Shown here: piece after piece, positions 50,934 through 64,000 of the stretch | How the letters are laid out: each line of letters opens with the position of its first letter | How positions within the stretch are numbered: position 1 is the stretch's first letter | Assembly (NCBI GenBank): GCA_039621445.1 | Contig: CP154954.1 | Coordinates: forward strand, 12,828,716 to 12,892,715 | Length of the DNA stretch: 64,000 bases | From: Euglena gracilis | Lineage: Eukaryota | Direction: 5' to 3' | Notes under the pieces: model-generated | Told to the model about the DNA's origin: nothing | What the model saw: the letters and a program-made list of their open reading frames with translations, nothing else | Database searches by the model: none | Program-made: the position numbers and the translations under genes

Positions 50934-50937
<4 letters not shown>
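49972..50937 (-). pseudogene. RGG/Gln/Gly-Lys-rich ORF fragment with a half zinc finger, possibly a retroelement ORF1
   Basis: ORFs 50627..51109 and 49877..50353 share one frame, broken only by a TAA at the end of a CAG run (50627). It reads ...KRLQGLQRALQEMQQELDQW...RGGRGGRGGRGRGRG...CPSCGYQN... and is bounded by (GA)n on both sides. Confidence 0.45.
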
Positions 50938-50963
<26 letters not shown>

Positions 50964-50968
<5 letters not shown>

Positions 50969-52481
50969 GCACACAGCAGTAAAGGAGCCAGGCGGTTTCG
51001 GATCCAGCCGGGCCTTCCTTGTCGATGCCCCCGACGCCCGGCTGGTGGGGGCAGACCGCCTGGTGACGGGGCACTCATGCTCCGCGGGTGGGCGCGTCAT
51101 GGACCCCAAAGGGTATGCCGACCCTCAGGGCCACCCACGGCTCCATCCAGGCAGGCGAGATATAGCCCCGTGGGCACCCACCTGGAGAGCGGCTCCGCGT
51201 GTTGCATGGCCCTCGGGTGCTGCCGTCACCCGAGGAACGGCCCAGGAACTCCGGTTGCCAGGAGCGGGGACCCCGGGGGCCACTCGCCCCACTCCTTGGC
51301 GTGAAGGTGGTCACCACTCTGGGATACTCTGGTCCACGGCCGGGGCCGATTGGGGTCCTGGCACCCCGTCAGCCCGCCTCCTTCACCCCGAGATGGGCCA
51401 GCCTTCCCGGAGCTACAGCCCGCATAGAGCCACTTGCTTCGACCCCAAGCAAGGTGTGGGGAGCCCGACCTGCGACTCACCAGGAGGGTCACGGGCTTCA
51501 CCCACACGTGGCTCTTTCCTCTGTGCCGACTTGCACTGGAGGCTGTGCGGGCGGGACTTTGCGCTCGAGTCCTTGCAGGCCGAGAAGCCCCACCTCGGTT
51601 GCTGCGTGGGGTGGCCTAGCTGATGTTTGTAAACCGCGTCAGCTGGCGGGAGCCCATATTCTTTTCGCCGTGGGCGGTGGCGGCGTCGGCTCACCCCAGA
51701 CTCCTAGCCCCTAGCCGTCTTGGGCTGTGTGGGGAAGCGCTTCAGTCCCATGCGCCTGGCCTCGGAAGGCTCGCAAGCGCTAGGTGCCCGGAAGGAAGGC
51801 CGGGACTTTTGTTCCACCCGTTGTGGGGTGGCCGCGGTTTCCCGCGTGTCTCTCTCTTTTCCGCACACAGCGGTAAAGGAGCCAGGCGGTTTCGGATCCA
51901 GCCGGGCCTTCCTTGTCGATGCCCCCGACGCCCGGCTGGTGGGGGCAGACCGCCTGGTGACGGGGCACTCATGCTCCGCGGGTGGGCGCGTCATGGACCC
52001 CAAAGGGTATGCCGACCCTCAGGGCCACCCACGGCTCCATCCAGGCAGGCGAGATATAGCCCCGTGGGCACCCACCTGGAGAGCGGCTCCGCGTGTTGCA
52101 TGGCCCTCGGGTGCTGCCGTCACCCGAGGAACGGCCCAGGAACTCCGGTTGCCAGGAGCGGGGACCCCGGGGGCCACTCGCCCCACTCCTTGGCGTGAAG
52201 GTGGTCACCACTCTGGGATACTCTGGTCCACGGCCGGCGCCGATTGGGGTCCTGGCACCCCGTCAGCCCGCCTCCTTCACCCAGAGATGGGCCAGCCTTC
52301 CCGGAGCTACAGCCCGCATAGAGCCACTTGCTTCGACCCCAAGCAAGGTGTGGGGAGCCCGACCCGCGACTCACCAGGAGGGTCACGGGCTTCACCCACA
52401 CGTGGCTCTTTCCTCTGTGCCGACTTGCACTGGAGGCTGTGCGGGCAGGACTTTGCGCTCGAGTCCTTGCAGGCCGAGAAG
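50964..52481 (+). repeat. Near-identical direct repeats, 624 bp x2 (50964-51587, 51858-52481; period 894)
   Basis: Directly visible, few substitutions; each copy is preceded by a CT run. Confidence 0.95.
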
Positions 52482-52489
52482 TCCTTGCA

Positions 52490-53155
52490 GGCTCTCTCTC
52501 TTTCTCTCTTTTCTCTTTCTCCTCTCTCCCACTCCTCCCTCTTTTCCCTCTCCCTCGCTCCTCTGTCCCTTCTCCCCTCCCGTCCTCCCTAGCCTCTCTC
52601 CCCCTGGTCGCCTCTTCTCCTCGCTCTCTCTCTCCACCTCTCGCGGGACTGCCTCTTCATCTGCGGTGCCTCTTCGCCCTCTCCCACTCTCATCTCTCTC
52701 CTCTTCTCTGCTCTCATCGGTCTGTTGGACTCGGGGGCTCCTCTCATCTCTCCCTCCGGCTCCAGGGGGGGCTCAGTCTGGGCTCGCTCTCCTCACCTCG
52801 CCCACCCCGGAGCTCTCCCCCACTCTCTCCCACTCAGTGTCTGACTTGGCCCGTCTCTCCTCTCGTCTCCGCCTCTCTCTCTCTCTCTCTCGGCACGTCT
52901 CTCTCTCTCTCTCTGCCAACTCTCTCTCTCTGCTCTCTCTCCACTCGCTCCCGTGGAGGTGTTCCTTCTGGGCGGCACTCTCTCCTCTCTCTCGTCCTCC
53001 CCCTCTCACCGGCTGTCTCCCGGAGCGCTCAGTCTCTCCTTCTCTCCAGGCTCTTCCGTCTCTCTGTCTCTCTCTCTCTCTCTCCTCTTCATGCTTCTCT
53101 CCTCTGTCTCTCTTCTCTCTCCTCTCTTTCTCCGCTCTCTCGCTCTCTCTCTTCT
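52490..53155 (+). repeat. CT-rich low-complexity mosaic
   Basis: (CT)n tracts interspersed with short GC-rich pieces. Confidence 0.9.
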
Positions 53156-54022
53156 GAATGGTGTTGATGGGGGAACTCCTTTGGGGGGAACTCCTTGACG
53201 GCCCGAGAGTGTGTGCTTGTGGGGGGAAGTGTGTTGTCAGTCGGTGTGGGCGCGTGTGTTGTCAGTGTGTGTTGCGGTTTTCGCCCCACGCTGGCGGGTG
53301 TGGCATCGTTAAAGGTGACGACCCTGCCAAACCTCGTCCCCGACCGCTCTTGTCTGTGTGGAACGCTAAAAACGAGCTCTCCCAGTCACCCTCCCGGTGG
53401 GGGGGGGGGGGCTAAAAAAATCCGAAAACAAGGCAGCATGGGACGGGAAAATGTCTCCACTACCTGTGGGGCACCCTCCGGGACAGCACCCGGGAAAGCC
53501 AGTCAAGGCCCTTTCGGCGCGGAGAAAGGCAAAAATTGCCGAAAAATACGGATGGCACCTGAAGGCCTGCGGCGCAAGTACCCAATTCTAAGCCGCTGAT
53601 ACTGGGGTCGCAGCACTGGGAGAGGGGGTGGCCTGAGCCGCAGTTGCTCAGCGGAATTGCCGAGGGTTTAACCCACAAAATGGGGCGCTGGGGCGAGGCA
53701 TAGGGGTGCGAAAAAGCAACCACGCCATATGCAATTATGGGGAAAATGCCGTTAATATTTCTATTTATATATATATCTCTCTCTGCGTGTGTGTGTGCGC
53801 GCGCGTGCGGGTGTATTTTGGACCCATTTTGGGACCCATGTAGGAGGTCCCCCCCCCAAAAAAACCCCATTTTTTCACCCCTTCCAAGCAGGGGTTTTCT
53901 CAAGACGGAGGACACCTATCCCCTGGGGGGGTCAAGCCAGCCAGCAGCAAAAATTCGGGCTGGGAGCCCCCTCCCGGGGGGTTGAGTGAAATTAAGTCAG
54001 GTCCAGCTCCAACTCCCCAGCC

Positions 54023-54398
54023 CAGGGTTTGATATAAGGAGGGCGTACATGGTTTAGGTGGGGAGGGTGTCCCCCCCACCCCCCCCCCCTCCTGGCCCGC
54101 AGGGGGGTCGACCCCCCCCCCACCTGCCAGTGTGGTCCGCACCGACCGCGTGACCTCCCCCAAAAAGGGTCAATTTTTTCCTCCGGCGCTTTGCGCCGAA
54201 AATTTTTTGCATTTTTCGCACATTTTTGCCCAAAAAGTGCGCAAAATGGCACTTTTGGTCGTTTTGGGGGGTCAAAAATTTTCGGTAACCCAGACCGCGC
54301 AACTGTTTAGGTGGGGGGGGTGTCCCCCCACCCCCCCCTCCTGCCCCGCAGGGGGGGGGGGTCCGGACCCCCCCCACCTGCCCTTATGTCGAACCCTG
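54023..54398. mobile_element. hAT-like MITE
   Basis: 17-bp TIR CAGGGTTTGATATAAGG / rc CAGGGTTCGACATAAGG; perfect 8-bp TSD CCCCAGCC (54015-54022, 54399-54406). Confidence 0.9.
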
Positions 54399-54409
54399 CC
54401 CCAGCCTTG

Positions 54410-57400
54410 ATCTCGCTCCATCCACCAAAATGTCGAAAATTGCAAAAAAATTTTAGAAAATTTTTGTTTTTCACCGATCCAGCCCAGCCCAGTCCCCTCC
54501 AGCCCCGGACCCTCCCCTCTCCCCCGGGCCAGCCGGCCGAAGGCCGGCCAGCCGGTCGCAGGGTGTCCAGGCAACTGGGCTGTCCAGCCCACCTTTCCCT
54601 GCATTTTTCCCCCTCATTGCAGCTTCCTCCATCACAGCCCCCAGCCTTGACCTAGCTCCATCCATCAAAATGTCGAGAAGGCGAAAATGTCTTGGAAAAT
54701 TTTGTTTTTCACCGACCCAGCCCAGCCCAGCCCCCTCCAGCCCCGGACCCTCCCCCTATCCCCCCTGGGGGGTACCGCCAGCTCATTCCCAGCCGCAGGC
54801 TGGACCCCCGGGGGGGGGGGGGTTTAAGAAAACCCCTGCTTCCAAGTTTTTAACATTTTACAAAATTTCCAAGAGAAAAGAATCTCAGTAAAGTTTTATT
54901 GTGCCAAAACTTGGTCCAATTTTCTTTGACCTTCGTTTTTTTTACCCCCTCCTAAAAACTACCAATTTTTAGTCATCAAAATTTTGAGATTTTTTTGTGC
55001 AAAAAATGTGGTTTTCCATCAAAAAAATTATGTATTTTGGGTTCATTTTTCAGAAAAAAGTTTTCAAGAATTTTCCCCGGCTAAAACCCCCGTTTTCCCA
55101 AAATTGGTGAAAATGCTGTTGTGGGTTGGTGGGCGGTCGACCCCCCCCCCCTCCCGGGTGTGGTTTGTTCATTCCCCCGACCAGGCCTTCCTGTTCTGCC
55201 CTGCACCTGAGGAGGGCTGGCTGCTGGTTAGCTGGCTGGACCCCCCCCCCCGAGAGCAAGGGCCTCTCCGGCTTAAGAAAACCCTTGCATATGGCACTGC
55301 TCGTATGGCGCTGCATTCGTTTTGTTTGACCAGTTGTAGTTGGTCCGTTTACAATTTCGGTGCCGTTCCACCCAGCAGGATGGACAGCGAAGCGGCTTGC
55401 TGCTGATAGCCAGACTCCCTATGCCATGCCTCTCGCGACTCTTTCCTTTGTTCATGACCCCTATTCTTTCGAGTGTCCTTGGTTTTATGCCAAGAAAACT
55501 CTCTAATTTCTTTACAGAGGAGTCTTGGAATCACGGTCCGCTCGTTGTTTTTCTGTTTTGCGCTTTGGATTTGCCGTCTTCCAGCATCCCCCCCAACCAG
55601 CAGTTTCTTATTTTTGGCTTGCTGGACCCCCTGGGTCTGAAACAGCTGGAGAATTAGCGCCGGGTTCTGTAACGTCTTGGTGTATTTGACAAAACAATGA
55701 GAAATATGTTTGTAAAAGCGGTTTCATTGTGGCACACCCGTCCATGACCCCCACTCAAGAGAAGTTTGGCCAGCTCTTTTGCATTTCTAAGATTTTTTTT
55801 TACAGCCAGTTGCATGTTAGGGCATTTCTTCTGTATGCATATGTTGTAAATGTTATGCCGTTGTGTACGTCATTCCTTTGCAAGCTGTTTAGCATCTGCT
55901 CTTTGCAGTTTCCTTTATTTTTTCTCAAATAAAAATGAGTTTGAATTTAATGTCTTCAATGTATAATTTTTCGGTTCGCTAGGAGACCAATTTGCAAAAA
56001 AAATTTCATATTGATCCCAGGGACTGCGCCAACGGACCTCGTGCCATATGCTGACGACACATCCCAGCATCTTCCTCTCGGCCTGAGGATGGTACGCAAA
56101 GTAAAAACCCTTGTTTTGTCAGAAAGCTTTTGTCACCAAAGACATAACGTATCATTTAATAATACGTAATCAAAAGAGATTGGGCTATGGATAATTTGAG
56201 GTTGTACATATACACCTACATATACACCGGGGTCTGTCTCGGTCTTGGGTGACGCAACTCGCAGATAAGGAATTTCCTTTTGTCGGTTCGAATGCTCGCA
56301 ACATTTTTTTCCACAAAAGTCGGACCCCGCATCTGGGAAAAGCTGAAAAACTGCTTGTTTCGCGCCTCACGAACCCGTAGCAATTGCAAAAATTGGCGCA
56401 CTCACTAGCCTTAGTGGGGGGGGGGTGGGGGGGGCGTAAACCGAAAAACATTTTCCTTGTTCCTGTGGGTATTTTCGGAATCGCTGTGAAATGTTCTTTC
56501 TGTATTTGGGTCATTTGTGGGGTCAAAAAAAGCGGCAAAAAATTCTTGGCAGCCCCCTGGCACGTTGTCCTCTACGACCGGGTCGTCAGAGTTGGGGGGG
56601 CAGACATGCTTCTGGTCCATGGAAAACTAGCATCATCACAAATGTAATCACAAGAGCAACAAAGGCTGGTAATTTGGACACAGAGAATGTTTAATTGAAA
56701 GAACATCTGGCTTTCGTTGTTTTTTTGGAGAAACAAATCATCAACCATTGTGAATTATTACAAGCTGTTGCAAAATGAAGAAATTCCTGTCTCAGGCAGT
56801 GCATCCTGTTCGGTAGGTTACGTCTTGTGACAGAAAGTTTGTCTCCGCTCCATGTGCAGTCTTATATGTTTTATTTCCTACCGCAAATTGTTTTCATGTT
56901 GGTTTACATAAACTGTGAAAATGATGTAAAAACAGAAGTGTATTTTCATGCAACCGTTGTTTGTCGCACATTGCACACAAGGTTGCTGTGACATTTCATG
57001 AGGAGAACAAAAAAAAACAGGCAGGATATTTTCCACAGCTTTCAGCTGAAGGGATGTGTTGTGCGTTACACTGACTATGTGCACATTTGCGCACACCAAC
57101 CATTTGTGTTTTTTGTGCAAAATGTTCGGTGTGTGCATTGGCGCACATCGATCACCTGTGCATTTATGCCAAATGATATGTGTGTGCATTTGCACACATC
57201 GACAAATTTGTGTATTTTTTACTTGCAAAATACACAAAATGGTCGATGTGCCCAATTTTGCACGCCAACCTTCAGTTCACAAGTAAGACCTGAAAATTTG
57301 ACATACGCACATTTCGGTCCATTAAAAGCGGATATGTATTTTTCATGCCACAACCATTAATGTATTCCAGCTGCACATCACGTCGTCCAACTCATGCGAA

Positions 57401-60400
57401 CCCATCGGCATGAAACCTGTGTGCACCGCCTGGGCGGTGTGGCAGGGGTGTGGGGGGGTGTGGGGAGTGGTGTGGGGGGGGTTTGGGGGTGTGGGGGCTA
57501 TTTGCTACCGGGGGCGCCAATTTTTGCAGTACCTCCGTTTTGCATCACGGAGGTTTCTGATTGTCCTGCGAAATACGTGCGGAGCAGTTCATTCGTGTCC
57601 TTGTCTGTGAAACGGGCAGTTAGCACATACCGGCTGGTATCACCTTTGGGGTCCCCCCCACTCCCTTCCACTGACGCGCATGCGCCATTTCCCTCAAGGG
57701 TGATGGCAAAAATGGGTGAAATTTTGTCGGAGTCCAGGGGAAGATGGGTGCTGCACCTTCCCCTCCCCCCCCCCCCGGACTCCCCCCCCCGCTGGCCCTC
57801 ACTCACCCCCTCTCCCTATTTTGAAAAAAATTCATTCTTCGATTTTTTTTCAAGAAAAACAGTCTTAAAGTATGAAAAATTTGGCTGGTTACCTGGCGCC
57901 TCCCCGGAGCGTGGGGAATGTTTGTTTGTGTGGGCTCCGGGCCTGCCATGCATTATCTTTTTTGGGGCTGTCACTCCCCTTCTTTGGCAGAATTTCTTGT
58001 TTTTTCGGCTTTTTTTTTTTTTATTTCTGGATTTTTTTCCGTGCAGAAAAAAAAAATAAAGCGGAAAAAAAAATAAACTCTGCCAAAATCCCCGGCATGC
58101 ATGCAATTTGCTCGGATCTGTCGCAATCGAGCTCCCCATCGATCCAAATTCTCAAAGTTCTGGAATCGCTGGCGAAGAGATCAAATTCCATGCATGTTTT
58201 CCGTGCATGGAATTCCACGCATTCCATGCATTCCGTGCATGTGTTTGCGCACACCAACCAAAAGAAGTCTATGTGCGAGTTTCACCACCCAACCACCCAA
58301 GTCAGTAAAAATGTGTCGTCGTGGCATTTCAAGTCAGTTTGGCACCCACCCACCCACTGCTGGAAAGGGCTGTTAGGGGGGCCAATATGGCTTCAGCTTT
58401 TATATTCCAGTGATCGGCCATTCCCATGTTCTCCCTCAAATTCCCTTCCAGAAAGAATCACGGGGTTCCCACATCCCACTGAGGTGGTTCTATTTTCTGG
58501 TATTCAAATAATTCAGTAAATAATACAAAGGAACAGAGAATCAAAGTCAGAAATGAGAAAGAGAATGGTGGGAGAAAAGAAAAGGCGATGGAAAATGAGA
58601 ATGACTGGAAATAAGAAGCAACATGCGTGAATCTGTGGCAGGAGGAACTAAAAAGAATGCGACAAAAATAGCCCACTCGGTGGCTATATATGGCTACCGA
58701 GAGTCAGGCGCCCACACCCAAGCTTCCATCAAAGGTCCCAGATGGTTCTGGGTGTGTTCCGTTGGAGCTGGCTGCTCCAGCATAGCGGGTGTGTGTTGCA
58801 AGTGTGTTACTGAGGCAGACAGACCGGCAGGCAGACAGGCAGACAAAGAATGCGAGACACAAAGAATGAGAGGGAGGGGTATTGCCCCGGGCTTTTGGGA
58901 ACCCCTGGAATCCAGCGGGTGATGGAATGGGTGGTGGATGGGGTGGTCGACCTCCCCCCCCCCCCCACCAGCGAGCCTTCCCACATTACTGGTGGCGCCG
59001 ATTTTTCGGTCAAATTTTTCTTTGTGGGCTTGGATGGGTGGCGGGTCGACCCTCTGGGGTCAACCCCCTATCAGGTCCCGCAAGGCCCTTTGGGGTCCCC
59101 TGTTGGAGGTGGAGTTTTGGCTATTTTTGTTTTACCAAACAAAGGATGGACTTTTTCATACCCCAAAATTATCCCCAGAAATTGGGTCCCCAGACCTCTC
59201 CCCCCCGGGGGGGGAACCCCTGTACCTGTCCCTGGCTGGGATACCGGTACCTCCCCCAGTCTTTAAAAGAAAAATTGATGCCTATACAAGGCAGAGAGGC
59301 AGACAGAGGCACAGATATTGGTTGTTATGTGCATTCATTTCAGTTTATGCTAATTTTGTTATCCTCTGACACAAATCAATCAACATCCCCGTACCTGGGG
59401 CATGTCATTTTGCAATTTCATTTCACAATGCTTGCCTGTTATGCGGTTCTGAGTTAGATGGTTCGTCCATTTTCCATCTGTGTCTGCTGCCTGTCAACGG
59501 CAAACTTTTTGTTTGCACCGTTGCTGCTGCGGAAGGTTATTTTTTTTCCATTCAGGCAACGCCGTGGAGTGCTGATGCGACTGCGTCCGAAGTCTGCTGG
59601 GTGAGAGGGAGGGAGGCAGGCCGCCCCAGGCAGGCCGCCCCATCCTGTGGCCATCAGTCCTTTTTCACAAACAGTCCAGACGCTGCAGAACGACCGGGGA
59701 CACACAGCAATGTTCACTCATGTTTCCAAAGACGGGCCTTCCAGAAGAGGTGATGTCTGGATTGTGGCTTTTTTTTATTTGAAATAAATCCAAGCGAAAC
59801 CAGCGCCTATTTACACCATTTTTAGATTCATACCTCGCACGCAAAAGCACATTCATGGAACAAAGACAGAATCGATGTGCTGATTTTTAGTAAATGTTGA
59901 GTGTTGAAAGCCGGTCAAAAGTCTCCCCTGAAATAGCAAGTCCATTTTCAGTTTTCAATTTTCCAGAGGAGAGTTGAGAAGAATGGATAGCTCCGGTTTG
60001 CCACGATGTATTTGGTATATGTTCCAAGGATGAAGATAGGTGTAATGAACCTGATGGGTGCAATGGAGCAGGAGCACACCACGCTGCGGACCAGTTGCTT
60101 GGAGCCGTTTTGAACCCACCCCAAGTTATAGTAGAATCCCCTCCTCGTGATAACTGACCTTCAACCTACCCACCATTATCAGCCCACAAGACAAAGAGCC
60201 TGGCTTCTGGTTCTGTAACGTTTTATTCATATTTTTACATCAATCTCCCACATTCAATTTGGAGTGGTTGTTTCTTAGACATGAATGAGTTGAAGCACAG
60301 ACCAGTGTTTGAGCAAATAATTTTTTGCCTCCTTCTTCGAATTCTTCGAATACAAAAATTTTCATCTGTGTGTGTGTCAGGGATTGGTGTTCATATTGAA

Positions 60401-62965
60401 ACAGATAACTACGGATGATTCTGGCTGCTTTTTGGGCAATTTTAGCCTCCTTTGGCCCACTTTTTTTTTGTCACTTTTGGCGATTTCTGACTGTTTTTTG
60501 TTTTGAATTTTGTCATTTTTGGCTGTTTCTGGCCGATTCCAACCGTTTTGTGGCCATCTGCATATTTTTTTTCTTTCAATTTGCTTTAGCCTTTTGTGAC
60601 TCTTTTTTTTTTTTCAGGCGGCTTTGCTGCTTCTGGGCGTTCCTAGCTGCTTCTGGCCGACTTAGTCATTTTTCAGTGACATTTTCCTCGTTGTAGGCAT
60701 TTCTGAGGCGATATGACGATCAATCTTTATGTTCTCATTGGTTGCAGCAATTTCTGGGTGGATGTCCTCAGCCAGTACAGGCATTGTCGCAATAACGGAT
60801 AATTATGGACAATTATGGATCGCAACAAATGATGCCCCATGCTCTGATTGTCATCCTAATTCACCACCTCTCAATAGCGATGCGAGGCTTGCAGCTGTCA
60901 TTCAGTCTCCACTAAGACCCCGTGCCCTGGTTGCTATTGCCGTGCTCACGCCAGGTGTAAACACCCCATCCGCTGATGACCCATATCTCCCCACTTTGTT
61001 TGGGGTGCCTTTCGCATTCCAGGTCGGGCGTCACTTAAGCCGAAGGGCACCTCATCCCTGGGTTGGAGGGTCCACCAGCCAGCTGCTTTTTTCCAGCCTC
61101 GGACAGCCCCCTATCGACGAGTTTTGATTTATTTTGCAGTCCTAGAAGGAAGGCTGGATGGTAACAGATTCTTTTTTTGCTTTTGAGGGGCACATCCGGA
61201 CAAAAAATAAAACACGCAAAATGCCAGAAAAAGTGCTGGCTAGCGGAATATTTGGTCGAAGAATCTTTTTTTTTTCGCAGGTATTTTTTCAGTTTCGATT
61301 TTCTTCTACGTAGTTTGACCCCAGCAGCTTTTGCCCAGCCTGCCCAAAATTTTCCATCCGCACCCCCCGGGGGGGTCCTCAGGCGACGCCCTGTTTCCAA
61401 ATGTCTGTTCTTGTAAGCTTCAGCTGCTTTGCCAATGCTTAGGTCTTCTTCATGGCAGCTGTTGGAATGTGTCCAACTCTCTGATGGGGGGTGGAAGGGG
61501 CCACCAGACTCATCCCAGGGATCGAAATATGTGTGGTATATGATGTGTATGTATTCGGTCAATGTTCGATTTCCAACCAGCTTTTTTTTGATCCAATCAT
61601 TTTTGGTCATTTTTAAACACTTTCCTTCGCCTTTTCTTCTGGCCATTTTCAAGCCTTTCTGTGATGATTAAGAACTCCTGACGCCTTTTTTTTTCCCTCT
61701 GCCCAGGTTCTTGGGAGGGCAGACGACTGGTGATTGGCTGGTTTGATATCAGATTTCTTTGGGGACGTGTTTTACTCTTGCCACCATCATGGCAATATAT
61801 CTTGTGATATTTCTCAGCAGTGAAAATATGCACACATCCGGAATAACCCCAAATTAACAAAACACGAAAAAAATTATTATGCATTTAAAATATATTGTCG
61901 GAATAAAATTCTGATCACAGAATTGTGTCAGATAATTGAAGAAACAACTCGTTGATTTTTTTTATTCCTCTGATTTGTGTTTGCCACAGCCCGTTTTGCG
62001 GGGGTCCTGATTAGTGTTTAATATCCTTGTTCTTTTGCGCCTCGCCGATACATCGTCACGCCACAGTTTAGGGGAGGGGGGCACTCCCCGCCTCCTTAAA
62101 CCACAAGGGTTAGTTGGACCACCTGCCTGGCCTAGTGTCCAACATTGGGTTGGCTGCCTTGGAAACCCCCTCAAACAGTCAGATGCACTCGCCGCTGCCG
62201 TCCCAGCGCAGGCGGTTGTCTTGTGTGAACAACCCGTTAGTTCCTGTTGTGCTGCTGTTGGCCGTTTTCTGGATGCACCCCGACCCAAGCCCCCATCGTC
62301 AGAAGCGCATTAATGGGGCACTGGACCACTCTCTGCACAAAAAAAATTACAAAAAAAAAAAACAGCTTTTCCTGATTGGCAGAATGTGGCTTCGGTGACG
62401 TGTGTGTTTCTGTGGTCGCTTCGTCAATTCACAAATCAGGTGAGTTGAGAACATTTTGAAAATGAAGATTTGCTGAAATGGATTCAAGAGGGTCGGCAGG
62501 GTTATGTGCAACGACCTCCCCTCTTCTGGTCCGATGCGATCATTCTGGATACATTGGGTCCATAAATATATGTTTTTTTGTTGTTGTTTTTTGCTAATAA
62601 AAGTACATAAATAAGCAAATAAAAATACACAGTGAAATGAAAGAAATAAATGAAACATGGTGAAATGACCAAACATGGAAAATATTACAATAAACTGCTG
62701 AAAATTTTAATATGACTCGGAAAAAGGGCGACTCAAGATGTCAAAGTTGACGTGAATTTTTAAAAGCGGCTTGCCATTGTGCAAGCTTGCAATAAAATGA
62801 CCAACAATGACTAAAAGTGGCCAGAAACGGCAAACTGGCCAAAAATGACGCTCAGACGGTCAAAAATGGCCAAAGAAATGAAATCAGTCAAAAAAAAAAA
62901 CGGACAAAAAATCCCAGGCACCTGCCCCCCCCAACCCTCTCCCTGCATGCAAATTTGGCACCCCT
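54410..62965 (+). repeat. Old segmental duplicate, copy 2 (direct paralog of ~12-7945)
   Basis: Same colinear blocks as listed for copy 1. Confidence 0.9.
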
Positions 62966-64000
62966 GAAGCGTGCCCCCCTATTTTTTAACGTTTTTGGCT
63001 CACGTTGCAACTGGCCCGCTCGTTACCAGATTCCAAAACCAGAACCACAGAACCAGAACACTGATTGGGACTGGTGGTCAAACTTTTCGTGCGAAACTGG
63101 ACAGCTGACTCAGGAATTTCAACAGTGCAGACACAAAACTGAAAGACGAACCAGCAAACAGCAGAAACACACTGCAGCAGCAACAAGCAGCAGTCATTCT
63201 TTGGTGCTCCCAATGATCTCCCAAGGAAGGTGTGAGAGAGAGTGTGAGAGCTGCCAACCCGCCCCTTTTCACTCAAAAACTCCCTAAAAATAAAAATAAA
63301 ATGCAATTTTTGAAACAAGCCGCGAGGGGGATCGAACACACCCTGGGCAGGGTGAAAGATCCGACGCAAAGGGGTGCCAGCCACGGAAAAACGGAAATTG
63401 GGGTTCCAGGTACACCGATACAACATGGTTGCAGAGGTAGACTGCCCAATTTTGACTCCCCTCCAACGTGCGGTTGCGAACAACGCCAGAGGCTGTAAAA
63501 ACTGACGCTGACATGCCAGCTGCCCCAACCGCCAATACTGGGGTGGTGGAGCCAGCGGATGGCTGCTCAGCCATGTACCAACCACTGGAGACGCCAGCTG
63601 CCTTAACCACCATCGCCTCACCGACATTACAGTGCCAAAGACATGCAATGACAGCCCACTTCTAAATTTCTAAACACACAAATTTGCCCCCTGGGGTTGC
63701 CCCCCCAGGGCAGAACGGGAATCGGCCGAACAGCCAGGGTGGGTGCCCCCCCCCACCATCTCTTCCCGTTTTTCCGGGAGCACCAATTTTTGGACCCGAA
63801 AAAAAATTTTACCCATTTTGGGACCCATGTAGGGGGTCCCCCCAAAAACCACCCAAAACCCCATTTTTTTCACAGCTTCCAAAAATTCAACATTTTCTCA
63901 AAGTTTTGATTTTGAGAGGTTTATGAAGCAAAAAAATGCCATTGAAAGTCCAAAAAAATTCAACAAGAAAAAAAATGTCAGTAAAATTTGACTGTGCCAA

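Noticed and set aside
49710-51623. 637-aa plus-strand ORF
   Set aside because: It spans two (CT)n tracts and unrelated blocks, has Pro/Cys/Leu-Ser composition, and is best explained as the antisense shadow of the GC-rich minus-strand frame.
50964-52481. LTR pair / TRIM
   Set aside because: No TG...CA ends, primer-binding site or TSD seen; better described as a partial tandem duplication.
52093-53167. 354-aa and 279-aa Ser/Leu-rich ORFs
   Set aside because: Products of CT low-complexity DNA.

Overview
Eukaryotic, repeat-dominated genomic DNA with GT-AG-type splice signals, many microsatellites and G/C homopolymers. I cannot assign the organism and found no intact protein-coding gene; nearly all ORF-track entries are spurious. 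Main contents: (1) A ~8.65 kb decayed DNA transposon (31895-40531; its missing left tip survives in an inverted copy at 28869-28889). It has imperfect ~21-bp TIRs, an ATTGA-cored target-site duplication supported by an empty paralogous site at 47981, a frameshifted Academ/DUF6589-like DDE transposase and a multi-exon ParB/Sulfiredoxin-fold gene (GQHRFLA = GxxRxxA). About 15 copies of an 18-bp palindrome (GAAGCGG-N4-CCGCTTC) lie through its non-coding DNA. A second, diverged ParB-like exon is at 43.2-43.5 kb. (2) Two abutting near-perfect inverted duplications (7.7 kb arms 8686-16383/18247-25940; 2.9 kb arms 25946-28874/31895-34834) joined by a templated micro-insertion. This is either a recent template-switch rearrangement or an amplification/assembly chimera. 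(3) Old, diverged segmental duplicates (about 1-8 kb vs 54.4-63 kb; 28.9-30.9 kb and 40.5-43.1 kb vs 46.1-49.9 kb) that differ by microinversions and new microsatellites. (4) hAT-type MITEs with 8-bp TSDs, a non-autonomous element with termini resembling those in (1) around an 18-bp minisatellite, a tRNA pseudogene, and an RGG/Gln-rich ORF1-like fragment embedded in (GA)n tracts. All alignments and translations were done by eye.
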